Below, in pieces: positions 26,842 to 36,804 of a stretch of DNA of 49,569 nucleotides. The position numbers and the translations under genes were made by a program. The DNA comes from Actinomycetota bacterium. GTDB lineage: Bacteria > Actinomycetota > UBA4738 > HRBIN12. The first letter of the stretch is position 1. Each line of letters opens with the position of its first letter. The DNA lies in assembly GCA_050998695.1 (NCBI GenBank), contig JBPCPX010000006.1, forward strand, positions 1 through 49,569, in the 5' to 3' direction. Under the pieces are notes generated by a model. The model was not told the origin of the DNA. It saw nothing but the letters and a program-made list of their open reading frames with translations, and ran no database searches.

Positions 26842-27966
26842 CTAGATGAGGGGCAACGGCTCCGTGATATCGAGGAAGACCGTCGCGATCGCGAAGATGG
26901 AGAGGAAGACGATCACCGCGGCCGACACGGGGATGAGCTTCCGGTAGTCGACCTGACGTCCCGTGAACTTCTCCCAGACGAGCATGGCGAGGTGGCCACC
27001 ATCCAGCGGAGGCAATGGGATGAGGTTCACGATGCCGATGAAGATCGTGACGTACCCCGCATAGGCGAGGAACGTGGCCCAGTCGCCGCGCTCACCCGCG
27101 TCGCCGACCTGTTGACTCACGCCGACCAGGCTGGTCGGGTCGTCGCGACGACGAGGGTCGTCGCTGAACAGGACCGAGAACGTCCGCCCGACGCCCTGCG
27201 TGAAGATCTTCGGGATCGTCGTGACGGCGTTCCATGTCGTCGCGCCGACGTACCGGACCGATACCGCGGCCGCCTCCGGGACCGACAGTGGCTCCGCCCC
27301 CAGCGTGAACCCGATCCTCCCCCTGGTATCCCCCCCCTCGGTCACGAGCTGGGGAACGATGGGGAGCGTGATCCGACGACCATCCCGTTCGATCACGTAC
27401 TCGAGTGGCTCGCCGGGATGCTCTCGCGCGAATCTCGTGACGTGCGGCCCGAGGGTATCGCGGGTCGGGTTCTCGAGATCGCCGACGCGAAGGACGACAT
27501 CCCCGACCCGAAGACCAGCCTCGGAGGCGGGCGACGGATGGGTGCCGAGGGTGGGCGCGACGTCGCCGACCACGACCGCCTGCGAGGTCGAGTCCCCGTA
27601 CGTGGCGAAGAGAGCGAAGAACAGGATGGCCCCCACCAAGAAGTGCGAGAGCGGTCCCGCGAGGATCACCAGCGCCCGCTGCCAGATCGGCTTCGATCCG
27701 TACGCGCGAGCCAGATCTTCGGGAGCGACGGATTCGTACGGGTTCATCCCGGCGATCTTCACGTAGCCGCCTGCGGGGATCGCCTTGATCCCGTATTCGA
27801 TCTCGCCGGGCTTCCTCGACCAGAGCTTCGGTCCGAAGCCGACGAAGTACTCCGTCACCTTGAAGCCGAACCGCCGCGCCACGAGCAAATGACCGAGCTC
27901 GTGGATCGGGATGACGATGAAAACGATCAGCGCCAGGAAGCCGGCGATCGCGAAAGCGCTCCCCAC
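26842..27966 (-). CDS. rseP: RseP/Rip1-type site-2 protease (M50 with PDZ domain)
   Basis: 374 aa. HELGH lies in the first TM segment and a central PDZ-like region is present. Immediately follows dxr, as in other actinobacteria. Confidence 0.92.
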   Translation of the reverse strand: MGSAFAIAGFLALIVFIVIPIHELGHLLVARRFGFKVTEYFVGFGPKLWSRKPGEIEYGIKAIPAGGYVKIAGMNPYESVAPEDLARAYGSKPIWQRALVILAGPLSHFLVGAILFFALFATYGDSTSQAVVVGDVAPTLGTHPSPASEAGLRVGDVVLRVGDLENPTRDTLGPHVTRFAREHPGEPLEYVIERDGRRITLPIVPQLVTEGGDTRGRIGFTLGAEPLSVPEAAAVSVRYVGATTWNAVTTIPKIFTQGVGRTFSVLFSDDPRRRDDPTSLVGVSQQVGDAGERGDWATFLAYAGYVTIFIGIVNLIPLPPLDGGHLAMLVWEKFTGRQVDYRKLIPVSAAVIVFLSIFAIATVFLDITEPLPLI

Positions 27967-29124
27967 CTAGCGAGCCTCGATGATCTCCGCCGTGCGACGG
28001 CGAGCCCATGCATCCGCCCGCTCGATGTGCACGACCGAAACGACCGAGGGTGGTTCGTGTTCGTCGATGATCGTCTGGACGATCTCGACGATCCGCGGGA
28101 GCGAAATCTTCCCATCGAGGAAGGCCATCACCGCGACCTCGTTGGCCGCGTTCATCACCGCGGGGAAGGTGAGGCCGAGGCCACCGACCCGGTACGCGAG
28201 GTCCACAGCGGGGAAGGCTTCGTGGTCCACCGGCTCGAAGGTGAGCGGCGTCTCCGTGAGCGGAAGTGGGGCCACGCCGGTGGGGAGCCGCTCCGGCCAG
28301 GCCAAGGCCTGCTGTATCGGCAGGCGCATATCCGCCGACGCCATCTCGGCCCGCATCGACCCGTCACGGAACTCCGCGATCGCGTGCACCACCCCCGCCG
28401 GGTGGATCAGCACGTGGATCTGGGAGTACTCCAAGCCGAAGAGGTAGTGCGCCTCGATCACCTCGAGACCCTTGTTCATCATCGTCGCCGAATCGATCGT
28501 GATCTTCGGCCCCATCGACCACACGGGGTGCTGGAGGGCCTCCTTCATCGACGCCTTCGCGAGCTCCGTCGCGGTCCAGCCGCGGAACGGACCTCCCGAG
28601 CCCGTGATGATCACGCGCTTCAGGTCCTCGCGCCGCTCGCCCCGGAGAGCCATCGCGAGCGCAGCGTGCTCGGAGTCCACCGGCAGCAGGCGTTCGGGCT
28701 CCCCCTTGATCAGATCCATCACCAGCTCGCCACCCACGACGAGTGATTCCTTGTTCGCGAGCGCCACGGTCTTGCCGTTCTGGAGCGCGGCGAGCGTCGG
28801 CCCCAGGCCCGAGGATCCGACCAGCGCGTTCAGCACGATGTCGGCCTCGGTCTCGGCGGCCAGTCGCTCGGCGGCGTCCGGTCCGCCACGGAGCTCCACG
28901 CCTCGGAGCGATCCGAGATTCGTCCTGACCTCCTCGGCCGCGGCCTCGTCTGCGATCGCGACCACGGGAGGCAGGAACTCTCTGATCTGCCCCATCAGCA
29001 GCTCTTGGTTCGTACCCGCGACGGACAGGCCGACGACCTTGAAGCGTTCGGGATTGCGCCGGACGACATCCAGCGCTTGGGTCCCGACCGATCCCGTCGA
29101 ACCGAGGATGGTGACCGTCCGCAT
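27967..29124 (-). CDS. dxr: 1-deoxy-D-xylulose 5-phosphate reductoisomerase
   Basis: 385 aa: ILGSTGSVGTQALDV, LANKESLV, and a conserved C-terminal region. Confidence 0.96.
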   Translation of the reverse strand: MRTVTILGSTGSVGTQALDVVRRNPERFKVVGLSVAGTNQELLMGQIREFLPPVVAIADEAAAEEVRTNLGSLRGVELRGGPDAAERLAAETEADIVLNALVGSSGLGPTLAALQNGKTVALANKESLVVGGELVMDLIKGEPERLLPVDSEHAALAMALRGERREDLKRVIITGSGGPFRGWTATELAKASMKEALQHPVWSMGPKITIDSATMMNKGLEVIEAHYLFGLEYSQIHVLIHPAGVVHAIAEFRDGSMRAEMASADMRLPIQQALAWPERLPTGVAPLPLTETPLTFEPVDHEAFPAVDLAYRVGGLGLTFPAVMNAANEVAVMAFLDGKISLPRIVEIVQTIIDEHEPPSVVSVVHIERADAWARRRTAEIIEAR

Positions 29125-29177
29125 GGGGACAGACTACCCCCGACCGCAAGGGAACAAGCAGCGGCCGAGCCAGAACG

Positions 29178-30743
29178 CTAGAAGGCGATGATGCGCAGGA
29201 GGAACAGGGCGGCGGGAGCCACGAACAGGAGCGAATCGATCCTGTCGAGCACACCGCCGTGTCCTGGGAGAACGCTGCCCATGTCCTTCACGCCGACGTC
29301 TCGCTTGACCAATGACTCCGCGAGATCACCGAAGGTGGCGGCGACGGAGACGATGAGGCCGAGCATCACCGCGTTCAGACGACCGTCGACGAAGATCCCC
29401 GGCGCCGAGTCGACGAACGCGGTCACGAACGCGGCTGCGACGACGACGGTTCCCAGCGACGCCACGAGCAGTCCTTCGACCGATTTCTTCGGGCTCGTGG
29501 CAGGCGCGAGCGGCCGCTGGATGAACGATCCACCCCACACGGAGCCGGTCAGGAAGGCGAGGGTGTCGAACACGAACGTGAGACCGATCACCGCGACCAC
29601 GACCGCCGTATCGAACGTGGTCAGGATGATCAGCAACGCGCCGGCCAGCCCGGGGATCCAGAGCAACCCGAGCAGCGTGAGGCCGATGTTGCCGACGATG
29701 TCCTTCCGGTGAGGAGCCGGGACCGTCATGTACCAGAGGAAGGTCGCCAGCAAGCCCAGCGACAGCATCGACAGGAGCCCGGCCTCCCCGTGGTAGTACG
29801 CGCCGGCCAGCACGAGCGCACCGCTCACCAGTCCCACCGCGGTCGCCGGCTGACGGTGGTGCTTCACCATCACCCCGTACAGCTCTCCCTGCGCGATCAG
29901 CGCAACGACGGCCGCAACGAGCGCGAAGACGCCCTCGCCGATCAACAGCGCAACGAGTGCGACCCCGGCGAGAACGATGCCGGTGAGGAACGCGGCCGGC
30001 ACGTCCCGCTCGGAGCCGCGGCGGTCGAGATCGGCTCCGACCTCCACCGCCGCCGGCTCCTGCCAGCTGGGTCCGCCGAGCCCCTCCGCGCCGACGACGA
30101 TCGTGCGAGATGGCTCCTCCTCGGCCATGGCCGCGAATTCGTCCTCGTCTCCCGGCTCCGCCGGATACGGCTCGGCACCGAGCTCATCCATCAGGTCGGC
30201 CGCGTTGTCCTCGTCGATCTGCACGACGCGAGGAGCAGGCGCCTGGCCTGGCTGGTCCCCGATGGGGTCCGCGAAATGCGCCGCGGCCTCCTCGAGCTCC
30301 GCGTCGGTGGGTCGGTCCGCCTCCCGCCCCTCGGCGGGCCAGTCGTCTTCCGCGGCAGGCCGCGCGAAGAGATCACCCTGGTCATCGTCGGGCCGCGCCA
30401 TCTCCGCGGGAGCCCCGACGAGCTCGTCGTCGCCCTCATCCCTGGGGGTCCCTCCGAGCGCCTGGTCGACCGGATCGAGCGACGCGGTGTCGTACCAATC
30501 GCCCGAGTCGTCGTCCTCGTCGTCCTCGAAGGTGGCGGGCGGCCCCGATGTCGGGTCCCCCACCGGTGACGCGGTCACGACCGGTTCGGGTTCGCCACGG
30601 ACGACGACGTGCTCCTCACCGGGCGTCTCACCGGCCGAGGCGTCGTCTTCTTCCGGCTCGTCCCACTCGACGTCTTTGATGGGGGCGAAGAATTTGTCGA
30701 GATCCTCGAACAGGTCGTCGCTCTCACGCTCGTCGTCGGGCAC
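29178..30743 (-). CDS. cdsA: Phosphatidate cytidylyltransferase with a ~240-aa acidic N-terminal extension
   Basis: 521 aa with GTG start overlapping the frr stop by 1 nt. The C-terminal ~280 aa is a polytopic CdsA core (SxxKRxxxxKDxxxxxPGHGGxxDRxDS signature: SLVKRDVGVKDMGSVLPGHGGVLDRIDS). The N-terminus is D/E/P/A-rich. Confidence 0.9.
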   Translation of the reverse strand: MPDDERESDDLFEDLDKFFAPIKDVEWDEPEEDDASAGETPGEEHVVVRGEPEPVVTASPVGDPTSGPPATFEDDEDDDSGDWYDTASLDPVDQALGGTPRDEGDDELVGAPAEMARPDDDQGDLFARPAAEDDWPAEGREADRPTDAELEEAAAHFADPIGDQPGQAPAPRVVQIDEDNAADLMDELGAEPYPAEPGDEDEFAAMAEEEPSRTIVVGAEGLGGPSWQEPAAVEVGADLDRRGSERDVPAAFLTGIVLAGVALVALLIGEGVFALVAAVVALIAQGELYGVMVKHHRQPATAVGLVSGALVLAGAYYHGEAGLLSMLSLGLLATFLWYMTVPAPHRKDIVGNIGLTLLGLLWIPGLAGALLIILTTFDTAVVVAVIGLTFVFDTLAFLTGSVWGGSFIQRPLAPATSPKKSVEGLLVASLGTVVVAAAFVTAFVDSAPGIFVDGRLNAVMLGLIVSVAATFGDLAESLVKRDVGVKDMGSVLPGHGGVLDRIDSLLFVAPAALFLLRIIAF

Positions 30744-31303
30744 TAGACCTCCATGAGCTCAGATTCCTTGTGGCGCTGGATCTCATCGATCTCGGCCACA
30801 TACCGGTCCGTCAGCTTCTGGAGCTCCTTCTCTCCCCTCGAGAGCTCATCTTCCGAGATGGAATGCTCCCGCTCAAGCTTCTCCATATCATCCTTCGCAT
30901 GTCGCCGGACGTTCCGGACGGCGACGCGGCCCTCCTCGGCCCGGTGATGCGTCTGTTTGACGAGCTCCTTCCGCCGCTCTTCGGTGAGAGGCGGGAACGC
31001 GAGGCGAACCACCTGCCCGTCGTTCGACGGCGTGATCCCGAGATCGCTCTGCTGGATCGCCTTCTCGATCTGCGGGATGGAGTTCTTGTCGAACGGCTGG
31101 ATCACGAGCAGTCTGGGCTCGGGGACGTTCACGGATGCGAGCTGGTTGAGTGCGACCGGCGTTCCGTAGTACTCGACCATGATCCGGGTGAGCACCGCGC
31201 CGGAGGCGCGTCCGGTCCTGACCGATGACAGGTCCTCGCGCATGTGAACGAGTGCCTGCTCCATCTTGTGGTCCGCATCCTTCAGTGAAGAGTCGACCGT
31301 CAT
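30743..31303 (-). CDS. frr: Ribosome recycling factor
   Basis: 186 aa from the ATG at 31303, with an ATGA overlap with the pyrH stop. [29 protein letters not shown]. Confidence 0.95.
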   Translation of the reverse strand: MTVDSSLKDADHKMEQALVHMREDLSSVRTGRASGAVLTRIMVEYYGTPVALNQLASVNVPEPRLLVIQPFDKNSIPQIEKAIQQSDLGITPSNDGQVVRLAFPPLTEERRKELVKQTHHRAEEGRVAVRNVRRHAKDDMEKLEREHSISEDELSRGEKELQKLTDRYVAEIDEIQRHKESELMEV

Positions 31304-32031
31304 CTCGCGCCCCCGTGGACCAAGGAGCCGACCGGCTCTCCCGTGACGACCCGTCTGATGTTGCCTTCCTCCCACAGGTCGAACACGATGATCGGAAGCT
31401 TGTTCTCCATGCAGAGGGAGATCGCCGTCGCGTCCATCACCTGGTAGCCCTCACGAAGGATATCCACGTACTCGATCGTGTCGAGGCGGGAAGCGCCCGG
31501 CACGACCTTCGGATCGGCGGTGTAGACACCGTCGACCTTGGTGCCCTTGAGGAGCGCTTCGGCGCCCATCTCCAGGGCACGCTGCGCGGCACAGGTGTCG
31601 GTCGAGAAGTACGGCACGCCCAATCCGGCGGCGAAGATCACGACCCTTCCCTTCTCGAGGTGACGTCGCGCCCGTAGGGGGATGAACGGTTCCGCAAGCT
31701 GGGTCATCGCGATCGCGGTCTGCACCCGTGTCGTGACGTGGAGCTTCTCGAGAGCGTCCTGCAGCGCCAGCGCGTTCATCACCGTGCCGAGCATCCCCAT
31801 GTAATCGGCGCGGCTCCGCTCGATCCCCGGCGCCTGCCGCCCGCGCCAGATGTTGCCGCCCCCGACCACGACCGCGATCTGGACGCCGAGATCCACGACC
31901 TCGGCGAGCTGCCGTCCGATCAACGCGGTCGCCTCGGTGCTGATCCCCGAGCCTTCGGGCGGCGCGAACGCCTCGCCGGAGAGCTTGAGGAGGACGCGGT
32001 GGTATCCGATCCTCCCGGCTCGTTCCGTCAC
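31300..32031 (-). CDS. pyrH: UMP kinase
   Basis: [10 protein letters not shown]...[11 protein letters not shown] favour the GTG at 32031, which has GAAGGAG 8 nt upstream and gives 243 aa. The ORF-track ATG at 32124 would overlap tsf by 53 nt. Confidence 0.9.
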   Translation of the reverse strand: MTERAGRIGYHRVLLKLSGEAFAPPEGSGISTEATALIGRQLAEVVDLGVQIAVVVGGGNIWRGRQAPGIERSRADYMGMLGTVMNALALQDALEKLHVTTRVQTAIAMTQLAEPFIPLRARRHLEKGRVVIFAAGLGVPYFSTDTCAAQRALEMGAEALLKGTKVDGVYTADPKVVPGASRLDTIEYVDILREGYQVMDATAISLCMENKLPIIVFDLWEEGNIRRVVTGEPVGSLVHGGAR

Positions 32032-32071
32032 GTTCGCGTGCGCTCCTTCCGTGATCGCCCTCGCGCCGACG

Positions 32072-32683
32072 TCATCCTGCGGTGGACTCACCCAGCTTGT
32101 ATCGGACGAACCGCCGTACGGCAACCTTCTCGCCGACCCTGGCTCCCACCTCGTCGAGGAGCTGCTGGATGGTCTTCGAGTCGTCCTTGACGAACGGCTG
32201 GTCGAGCAGCACCGAGTCTTGATAGAAGGCCTTGAGCTTTCCCTCGACGATCCTGTCGATCACGTTCTCCGGCTTCCCGGACTCCTTGGCCTGCACGCGG
32301 GCGATGTGCTCCTCCTGCTCCACGACCTCGCTGGGAACCTCCTCGCGTGCGAGCCAGCGGGGGGCAGCTGGACTCGCGATGTGGAGGGCGATGTCCTTCA
32401 CCAGCTTCGAGAACTCATCCGTGTTCGCGACGAAATCCGTTTCACTGTTCACCTCGACGAGCACGCCCACGGTGTTGTTGAAGTGGATGTAGCTGTCGAT
32501 GCGACCCTGGTTGGCGGCGCGACCGGCCCGCTTCGCAGCCGAGGCCAGCCCCTTCTCGCGGAGCAGCTCGATCGCCTTCTCCACGTCGCCGTCCGTCTCC
32601 TGGAGCGCTCGCTTGCAGTCCATCATCCCCGCTCCGGTGAGCTCGCGGAGCTCCTTGACCTGGTCTGCCGAGATGTCGGTCAT
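32072..32683 (-). CDS. tsf: Elongation factor Ts (short form)
   Basis: 203 aa: [37 protein letters not shown] (UBA-like N-terminus), SETDFVA. Confidence 0.94.
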   Translation of the reverse strand: MTDISADQVKELRELTGAGMMDCKRALQETDGDVEKAIELLREKGLASAAKRAGRAANQGRIDSYIHFNNTVGVLVEVNSETDFVANTDEFSKLVKDIALHIASPAAPRWLAREEVPSEVVEQEEHIARVQAKESGKPENVIDRIVEGKLKAFYQDSVLLDQPFVKDDSKTIQQLLDEVGARVGEKVAVRRFVRYKLGESTAG

Positions 32684-33606
32684 CCGGCGTTCTCCGCCGG
32701 CGTGTCAGCGGGTGCCACCTGGGAGGCCGGCTCTTCGGGCTCGACGACGACCTCGGGTTCCTGCTCGGGGAGATCGGGCTCGAAGACCGTGCTGGCGGCG
32801 ATCTTCGCCGCGTCCTCCGGCGAGGGCACATCTTCGTCCGCGGGTCCGGGAGCGGCGGTCGTGGACCGGCGCGGGGCGGCGGTGGGCCGGCGGGCGGCGA
32901 CCTTCTGCACGACCTCGTCTTTCGCCATCCCATATCCCTCGGTGAGTGCGTCGGCGATCACGCGGGTGACCAGGCTGACGGCGCGGATCGCGTCGTCGTT
33001 GCCGGGGATCACGTAGTCCACCTCGTCGGGGTCGCAGTTCGTGTCGACGATCGCGATCACAGGGATGTCGAGCTTCCGAGCCTCGGTGACCGCGATCTGT
33101 TCCTTCTTGGTGTCGACGATGAACACCGCGTCCGGAAGGCGCTCGAGCGCCTGGATCCCGCCCAGGTTCCGTTCGAGCTTCTCGCGCTCGTGCTGGAGAC
33201 GGATCACTTCCTTCTTGGGCAGGTTGTCCATCGCCCCGGAGGACTCCATCTCACGCAGCTCTCGCAGGCGGATCAGCCGGCGCGAGATGGTGGTGAAGTT
33301 CGTCAGCATCCCGCCCAGCCACCGATGGTTCACGAACGGCATGCCCACGCGGTTGGCGTGCTCTTCCACGACCTCTTGGGCCTGCTTCTTCGTGCCGATG
33401 AACAGGACCGTTCCGCGGCGGCGGCCGAGGTCGCGGACGAACTCGTACGTCTCCTCGATGCCCTGCAGGGACTTCTCGAGGTCGATGATGTAGATGCCGG
33501 ATCGCTCTCCGAACAGGTAGCGCTGCATCTTCGGGTTCCACCGTCTGGTCTGGTGGCCGAAGTGCACGCCGGCCTCGAGGAGCTCCCGCCTGGTGACGAC
33601 AGGCAC
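32680..33606 (-). CDS. rpsB: 30S ribosomal protein S2 with an acidic/Pro-rich C-terminal tail
   Basis: 308 aa with GTG start preceded by [27 protein letters not shown]. The last ~70 aa are low complexity. Confidence 0.96.
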   Translation of the reverse strand: MPVVTRRELLEAGVHFGHQTRRWNPKMQRYLFGERSGIYIIDLEKSLQGIEETYEFVRDLGRRRGTVLFIGTKKQAQEVVEEHANRVGMPFVNHRWLGGMLTNFTTISRRLIRLRELREMESSGAMDNLPKKEVIRLQHEREKLERNLGGIQALERLPDAVFIVDTKKEQIAVTEARKLDIPVIAIVDTNCDPDEVDYVIPGNDDAIRAVSLVTRVIADALTEGYGMAKDEVVQKVAARRPTAAPRRSTTAAPGPADEDVPSPEDAAKIAASTVFEPDLPEQEPEVVVEPEEPASQVAPADTPAENAG

Positions 33607-33779
33607 GTATCCCTCCTGATGTTGTGGTTTTTCCTCCGTCCGGATCTTCCCGTGGGCGGCCCGGCCTCGGCCTGGGACCCCGCCATCGCGGTCCTCGGAC
33701 GTGCGTGCTCGGCGCCTTCCGGCGTCGGCGCTGGGCAGTCTACCAGCGGCGATGCGCGCTCACGGGCGCGAGTCCGCCC

Positions 33780-34706
33780 CTAGCGCTTGCCCACTCGCCC
33801 ACTCGCCCGCTCGCGTGAAGGAACCGCGCGGACGGGCGCATCCGGCACCTCACCTGCCACCGCGAGGTACCGCAAGGCGAACGCCGCCACGATCGCCACG
33901 TGCAGCAGGTTCATCAGAACCACATAGATCCATGCTGCATACGGTGGGTTGACGTCCAGCAGCACTCCCGGCAAACCGGGCGAGAGGAACGTGGCGAAGA
34001 TCGGCACGACGTAGATGGCAGCGAACGTCAGGTTGCCGGATCCCGGCATCCGGGCGGCGCGGATCGAGCGACGGAGGCAATCCATGAGCCGCCGGTGCTC
34101 GGTGACCGCGATCACCGGCGCGAAGGCGAAGACCCACGTCGCCACGACCAAGGCGGCCATCTGGATGATGAGCGCCAGCCCCGTGCCACCGATCGCCGCC
34201 ACGATCTGCGCCGCGAACACGACGGCCACGCCTATCACGTGGAGCGAGAAGACCACGGGGAACGCTCGGAGCCCTCGGACGGCACCCCAGCGCGAGGCGG
34301 TCCCACTCTCGATCGTCTCGATCGCGAGGCCGACGAGCACCGAGAACCACAGCGCATGCACGGCCGCGGTCCCGAACACGAACAGGAGGCCTCGACGCAC
34401 GCCGAGCACGCCGGTCGAGAGGGAAAGATCGGTGAACGTGCTCAGCGGCGTGGGCGCAGAGACGTGCGCGAGGAGGGCGAAGGGCCCGGGATAGCCGAGA
34501 GCGACGACCACCAGCCACTCGATGAAAAGCCAGACGAGGAGCGAGCCCACGATCAGGGGAGTCGACCATGTGCCCGCGAGTCCCCTCGTGAAGGCCGTCC
34601 GCATCTTCGGCATCGAGTCCATCGGCGGAGCCGACATACCGGAGAGGAGCCCTCGTCGCGGCGGCGGTGCCGACGCTCTCCTGTCCCCCTGCCTTCGCGC
34701 GCTCAT
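33780..34706 (-). CDS. Polytopic integral membrane protein, unknown function
   Basis: 308 aa with about 6-7 hydrophobic segments. ATGA overlap with the upstream beta-propeller gene stop. I recognise no family motif. Confidence 0.65.
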   Translation of the reverse strand: MSARRQGDRRASAPPPRRGLLSGMSAPPMDSMPKMRTAFTRGLAGTWSTPLIVGSLLVWLFIEWLVVVALGYPGPFALLAHVSAPTPLSTFTDLSLSTGVLGVRRGLLFVFGTAAVHALWFSVLVGLAIETIESGTASRWGAVRGLRAFPVVFSLHVIGVAVVFAAQIVAAIGGTGLALIIQMAALVVATWVFAFAPVIAVTEHRRLMDCLRRSIRAARMPGSGNLTFAAIYVVPIFATFLSPGLPGVLLDVNPPYAAWIYVVLMNLLHVAIVAAFALRYLAVAGEVPDAPVRAVPSRERASGRVGKR

Positions 34707-36196
34707 CCTGCGTCCTCACCGGTCTCGGTGCCGGGCGGAAGCGCCGGGCCCAGCCGTCGTTGGAGCGGCCGCATGAGCAGAACGACCGCGAGGCCGACGA
34801 GCACCCCGCCCAGGAGGAATCCGCTGAGCAGCCGACCGACGTCGAGGGTGGTCGGCGACGGCTCGTCGATCAAGGGTCGCCCGGGGTCCGCGCCGAACGC
34901 CGCTACCGCGGCGTCCTCGAACCCGGTCACGCCCACGAGCAGCTCACCCGCATCGGAGGTCCCGCGGAGGAACGATCCACCGGTGTCGAGTTCCCACACG
35001 AGATGGCCGTTCTCGCGATCGACCGCGGAGAGCCTGCCGGAGTCCGTCGAGACGAGAACGTGATCGTCCGTGAGGAGCGGCGAGGATCGCGACGGATCAT
35101 TCAGCGCATGGTCCCAGCGCGGGGCGCCGGTCTCGGCGTCGAACGAATAGACGCGCCCGGTCACGTCGACGGCGAACACCTGACCGTCGGCCGAGACCGG
35201 TGCCGGCGCGCCCACTCCCTGCAGGAGGAACGGCTGGCCGCGCGGAGCGATCGGGTTCACGACCTCGGTCCGCCAGAGGAACCGGCCGTCCTCGGCGTCG
35301 AAGGCGAGGATCCCGCCGATCACATCGAGTGTCAGGACGCGCCCGTCGGCTACGACGGGCGCGCTCACGAAGTTCGAGGCATCCTCGGCGCTCGCACGCC
35401 AGAGCTCGTCCCCGCTCTCAGCATCGAGCGCAACGATCTCCGAGGGCTCCTCCCGGCCACCGAGCGTCGTGACGAGCGCGCGGCCCCCGTCCAGGGTGAC
35501 GGCGCCGGAGATCGGCGTTCCCAGCTCCTCCGTCCATCGCACGTTGCCGGACGCGACGTCGACCACGGTGACTCGCCCGCCGACATCTCCGACATAGGCG
35601 CTGGTCTCATCCACCGCGACCGGTGTCTGCACGACATCCTCGAGCGGGACCGGAGCGCCCCACGCGGGTTCTCCCGTTGCAAGGTTCACCGCGTTCACGT
35701 GCGAGTCGAACTCCCCGTCGTCTCCGGCCGCCTCGGACGGAGACGGGGACACGGTGGCCGACCCCGTCGGGGACGTCGTCCCGACGTCGCCGAAGCCTTC
35801 CGTGAAGACGACGACCGGACCGTCGGGCCCTGCGCCGATCGCCGGCTGTGACGACGGTCCGAAGTCGCGATCGACACCGAACACCTCCGATCCGTTCTCG
35901 CCGTCGAAGCCCAGCACCTGGGTCGGCGCGACCACCACGATCGTGCCGTCCTCGGCGATCACCGGTGAGGACAGACCGCCGGTGGTGTCGGTTCCTTCGA
36001 GCTCCACCTCGTCGTTCGTCCACGCAAGGGTCAGTGGCGCCGAGGGGCCGTCTGACAGGCCGTTGTGCACACCCGATCCCTGGAATTGACCCCAGTCGGC
36101 CAGCGCCCCGAGCGGAGCGCCCACGACGAACAGGACCGTGACGGTGGCAACGGTCAACGAGCGGGACGCGACGCGGGAGGAACGCAGGAGGCGCAA
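34703..36196 (-). CDS. PQQ-like (BamB-like) beta-propeller repeat protein with signal peptide and C-terminal TM anchor
   Basis: 497 aa with TTG start. The N-terminal hydrophobic signal is TVATVTVLFVVGAPLGALA. Repeated motifs fit a PQQ-like propeller (AVNLATGEPAW, DVASGNVRW, DAESGDELW, DAEDGRFLW, DAETGAPRW, DRENGHLVW). The C-terminal anchor is LLSGFLLGGVLVGLAVVLL. Confidence 0.85.
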   Translation of the reverse strand: MRLLRSSRVASRSLTVATVTVLFVVGAPLGALADWGQFQGSGVHNGLSDGPSAPLTLAWTNDEVELEGTDTTGGLSSPVIAEDGTIVVVAPTQVLGFDGENGSEVFGVDRDFGPSSQPAIGAGPDGPVVVFTEGFGDVGTTSPTGSATVSPSPSEAAGDDGEFDSHVNAVNLATGEPAWGAPVPLEDVVQTPVAVDETSAYVGDVGGRVTVVDVASGNVRWTEELGTPISGAVTLDGGRALVTTLGGREEPSEIVALDAESGDELWRASAEDASNFVSAPVVADGRVLTLDVIGGILAFDAEDGRFLWRTEVVNPIAPRGQPFLLQGVGAPAPVSADGQVFAVDVTGRVYSFDAETGAPRWDHALNDPSRSSPLLTDDHVLVSTDSGRLSAVDRENGHLVWELDTGGSFLRGTSDAGELLVGVTGFEDAAVAAFGADPGRPLIDEPSPTTLDVGRLLSGFLLGGVLVGLAVVLLMRPLQRRLGPALPPGTETGEDAG

Positions 36197-36235
36197 AGCC
36201 GAGTTATCCTAGCGACTCCCCTCCCACTGGGTGTC

Positions 36236-36736
36236 TCAGCTCGACGGCAGCGGCGCGAGCCGGATGAACCTCCACACCTCGATCGGCCCCAAGTGGTCCA
36301 GCGGATCCACGTACGCGTCGAGTAGCCGGACGCCGAAGTGGAGATGCGTCACCACGGCCCCCGAGTGCCCGGTCCCCGACCGGCCGATCACCTGCCCCCT
36401 CGCGACCGTGTCGCCCCTACGCGCGATGACGGCGTCGAGCCAGGAGTAGGTCGACTCGAGACCCGCGCCGTGGTCGATCGTGAGGAACAGCCGGCCGCCC
36501 ACCGGGCCCGCGAACGTCACGACGCCGGCCGCGGGGGCGCGCACGGACGATCCGAGAGCGACCGCGATGTCGATGCCTCGATGACCTGAGCCGAACGGGG
36601 TGTCCGGCGGGTCGAACCCCTGGGTCACCGGCCCGACGACCGGCCACGACCAATCTCCGGCGGCGCGCGCCGGCTGGGCGGCCGACGGTGCAAGCACCAT
36701 CCACGCGACCGCCACGAACAGGGACAGCTTCCTCAC
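36236..36736 (-). CDS. Secreted M23 family metallopeptidase
   Basis: 166 aa with GTG start and signal peptide MRKLSLFVAVAWMVLAPSAA. Motifs HRGIDI and the HLHFGV zinc ligands. Confidence 0.9.
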   Translation of the reverse strand: MRKLSLFVAVAWMVLAPSAAQPARAAGDWSWPVVGPVTQGFDPPDTPFGSGHRGIDIAVALGSSVRAPAAGVVTFAGPVGGRLFLTIDHGAGLESTYSWLDAVIARRGDTVARGQVIGRSGTGHSGAVVTHLHFGVRLLDAYVDPLDHLGPIEVWRFIRLAPLPSS

Positions 36737-36804
36737 GCGGGAGACGCTAGGTGGCCCGAGTGACGCGGTCCGTGACCGTCGTCACATCCGCGAGGAACGA
36801 GTTC

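Noticed and set aside
26803-28746. 647-aa plus-strand ORF opposite rseP and dxr
   Set aside because: It is antisense to two conserved genes, with Arg/Asp/His/Glu-rich low-information composition.
33607-33779. 172-nt region upstream of rpsB, considered for a promoter (TGGTAGACT) or a small RNA
   Set aside because: A TAGACT box exists on the minus strand, but I could find no convincing -35 and no evident conserved structure. It is most simply the rpsB 5' UTR and promoter region, and it cannot be delimited without transcript data.
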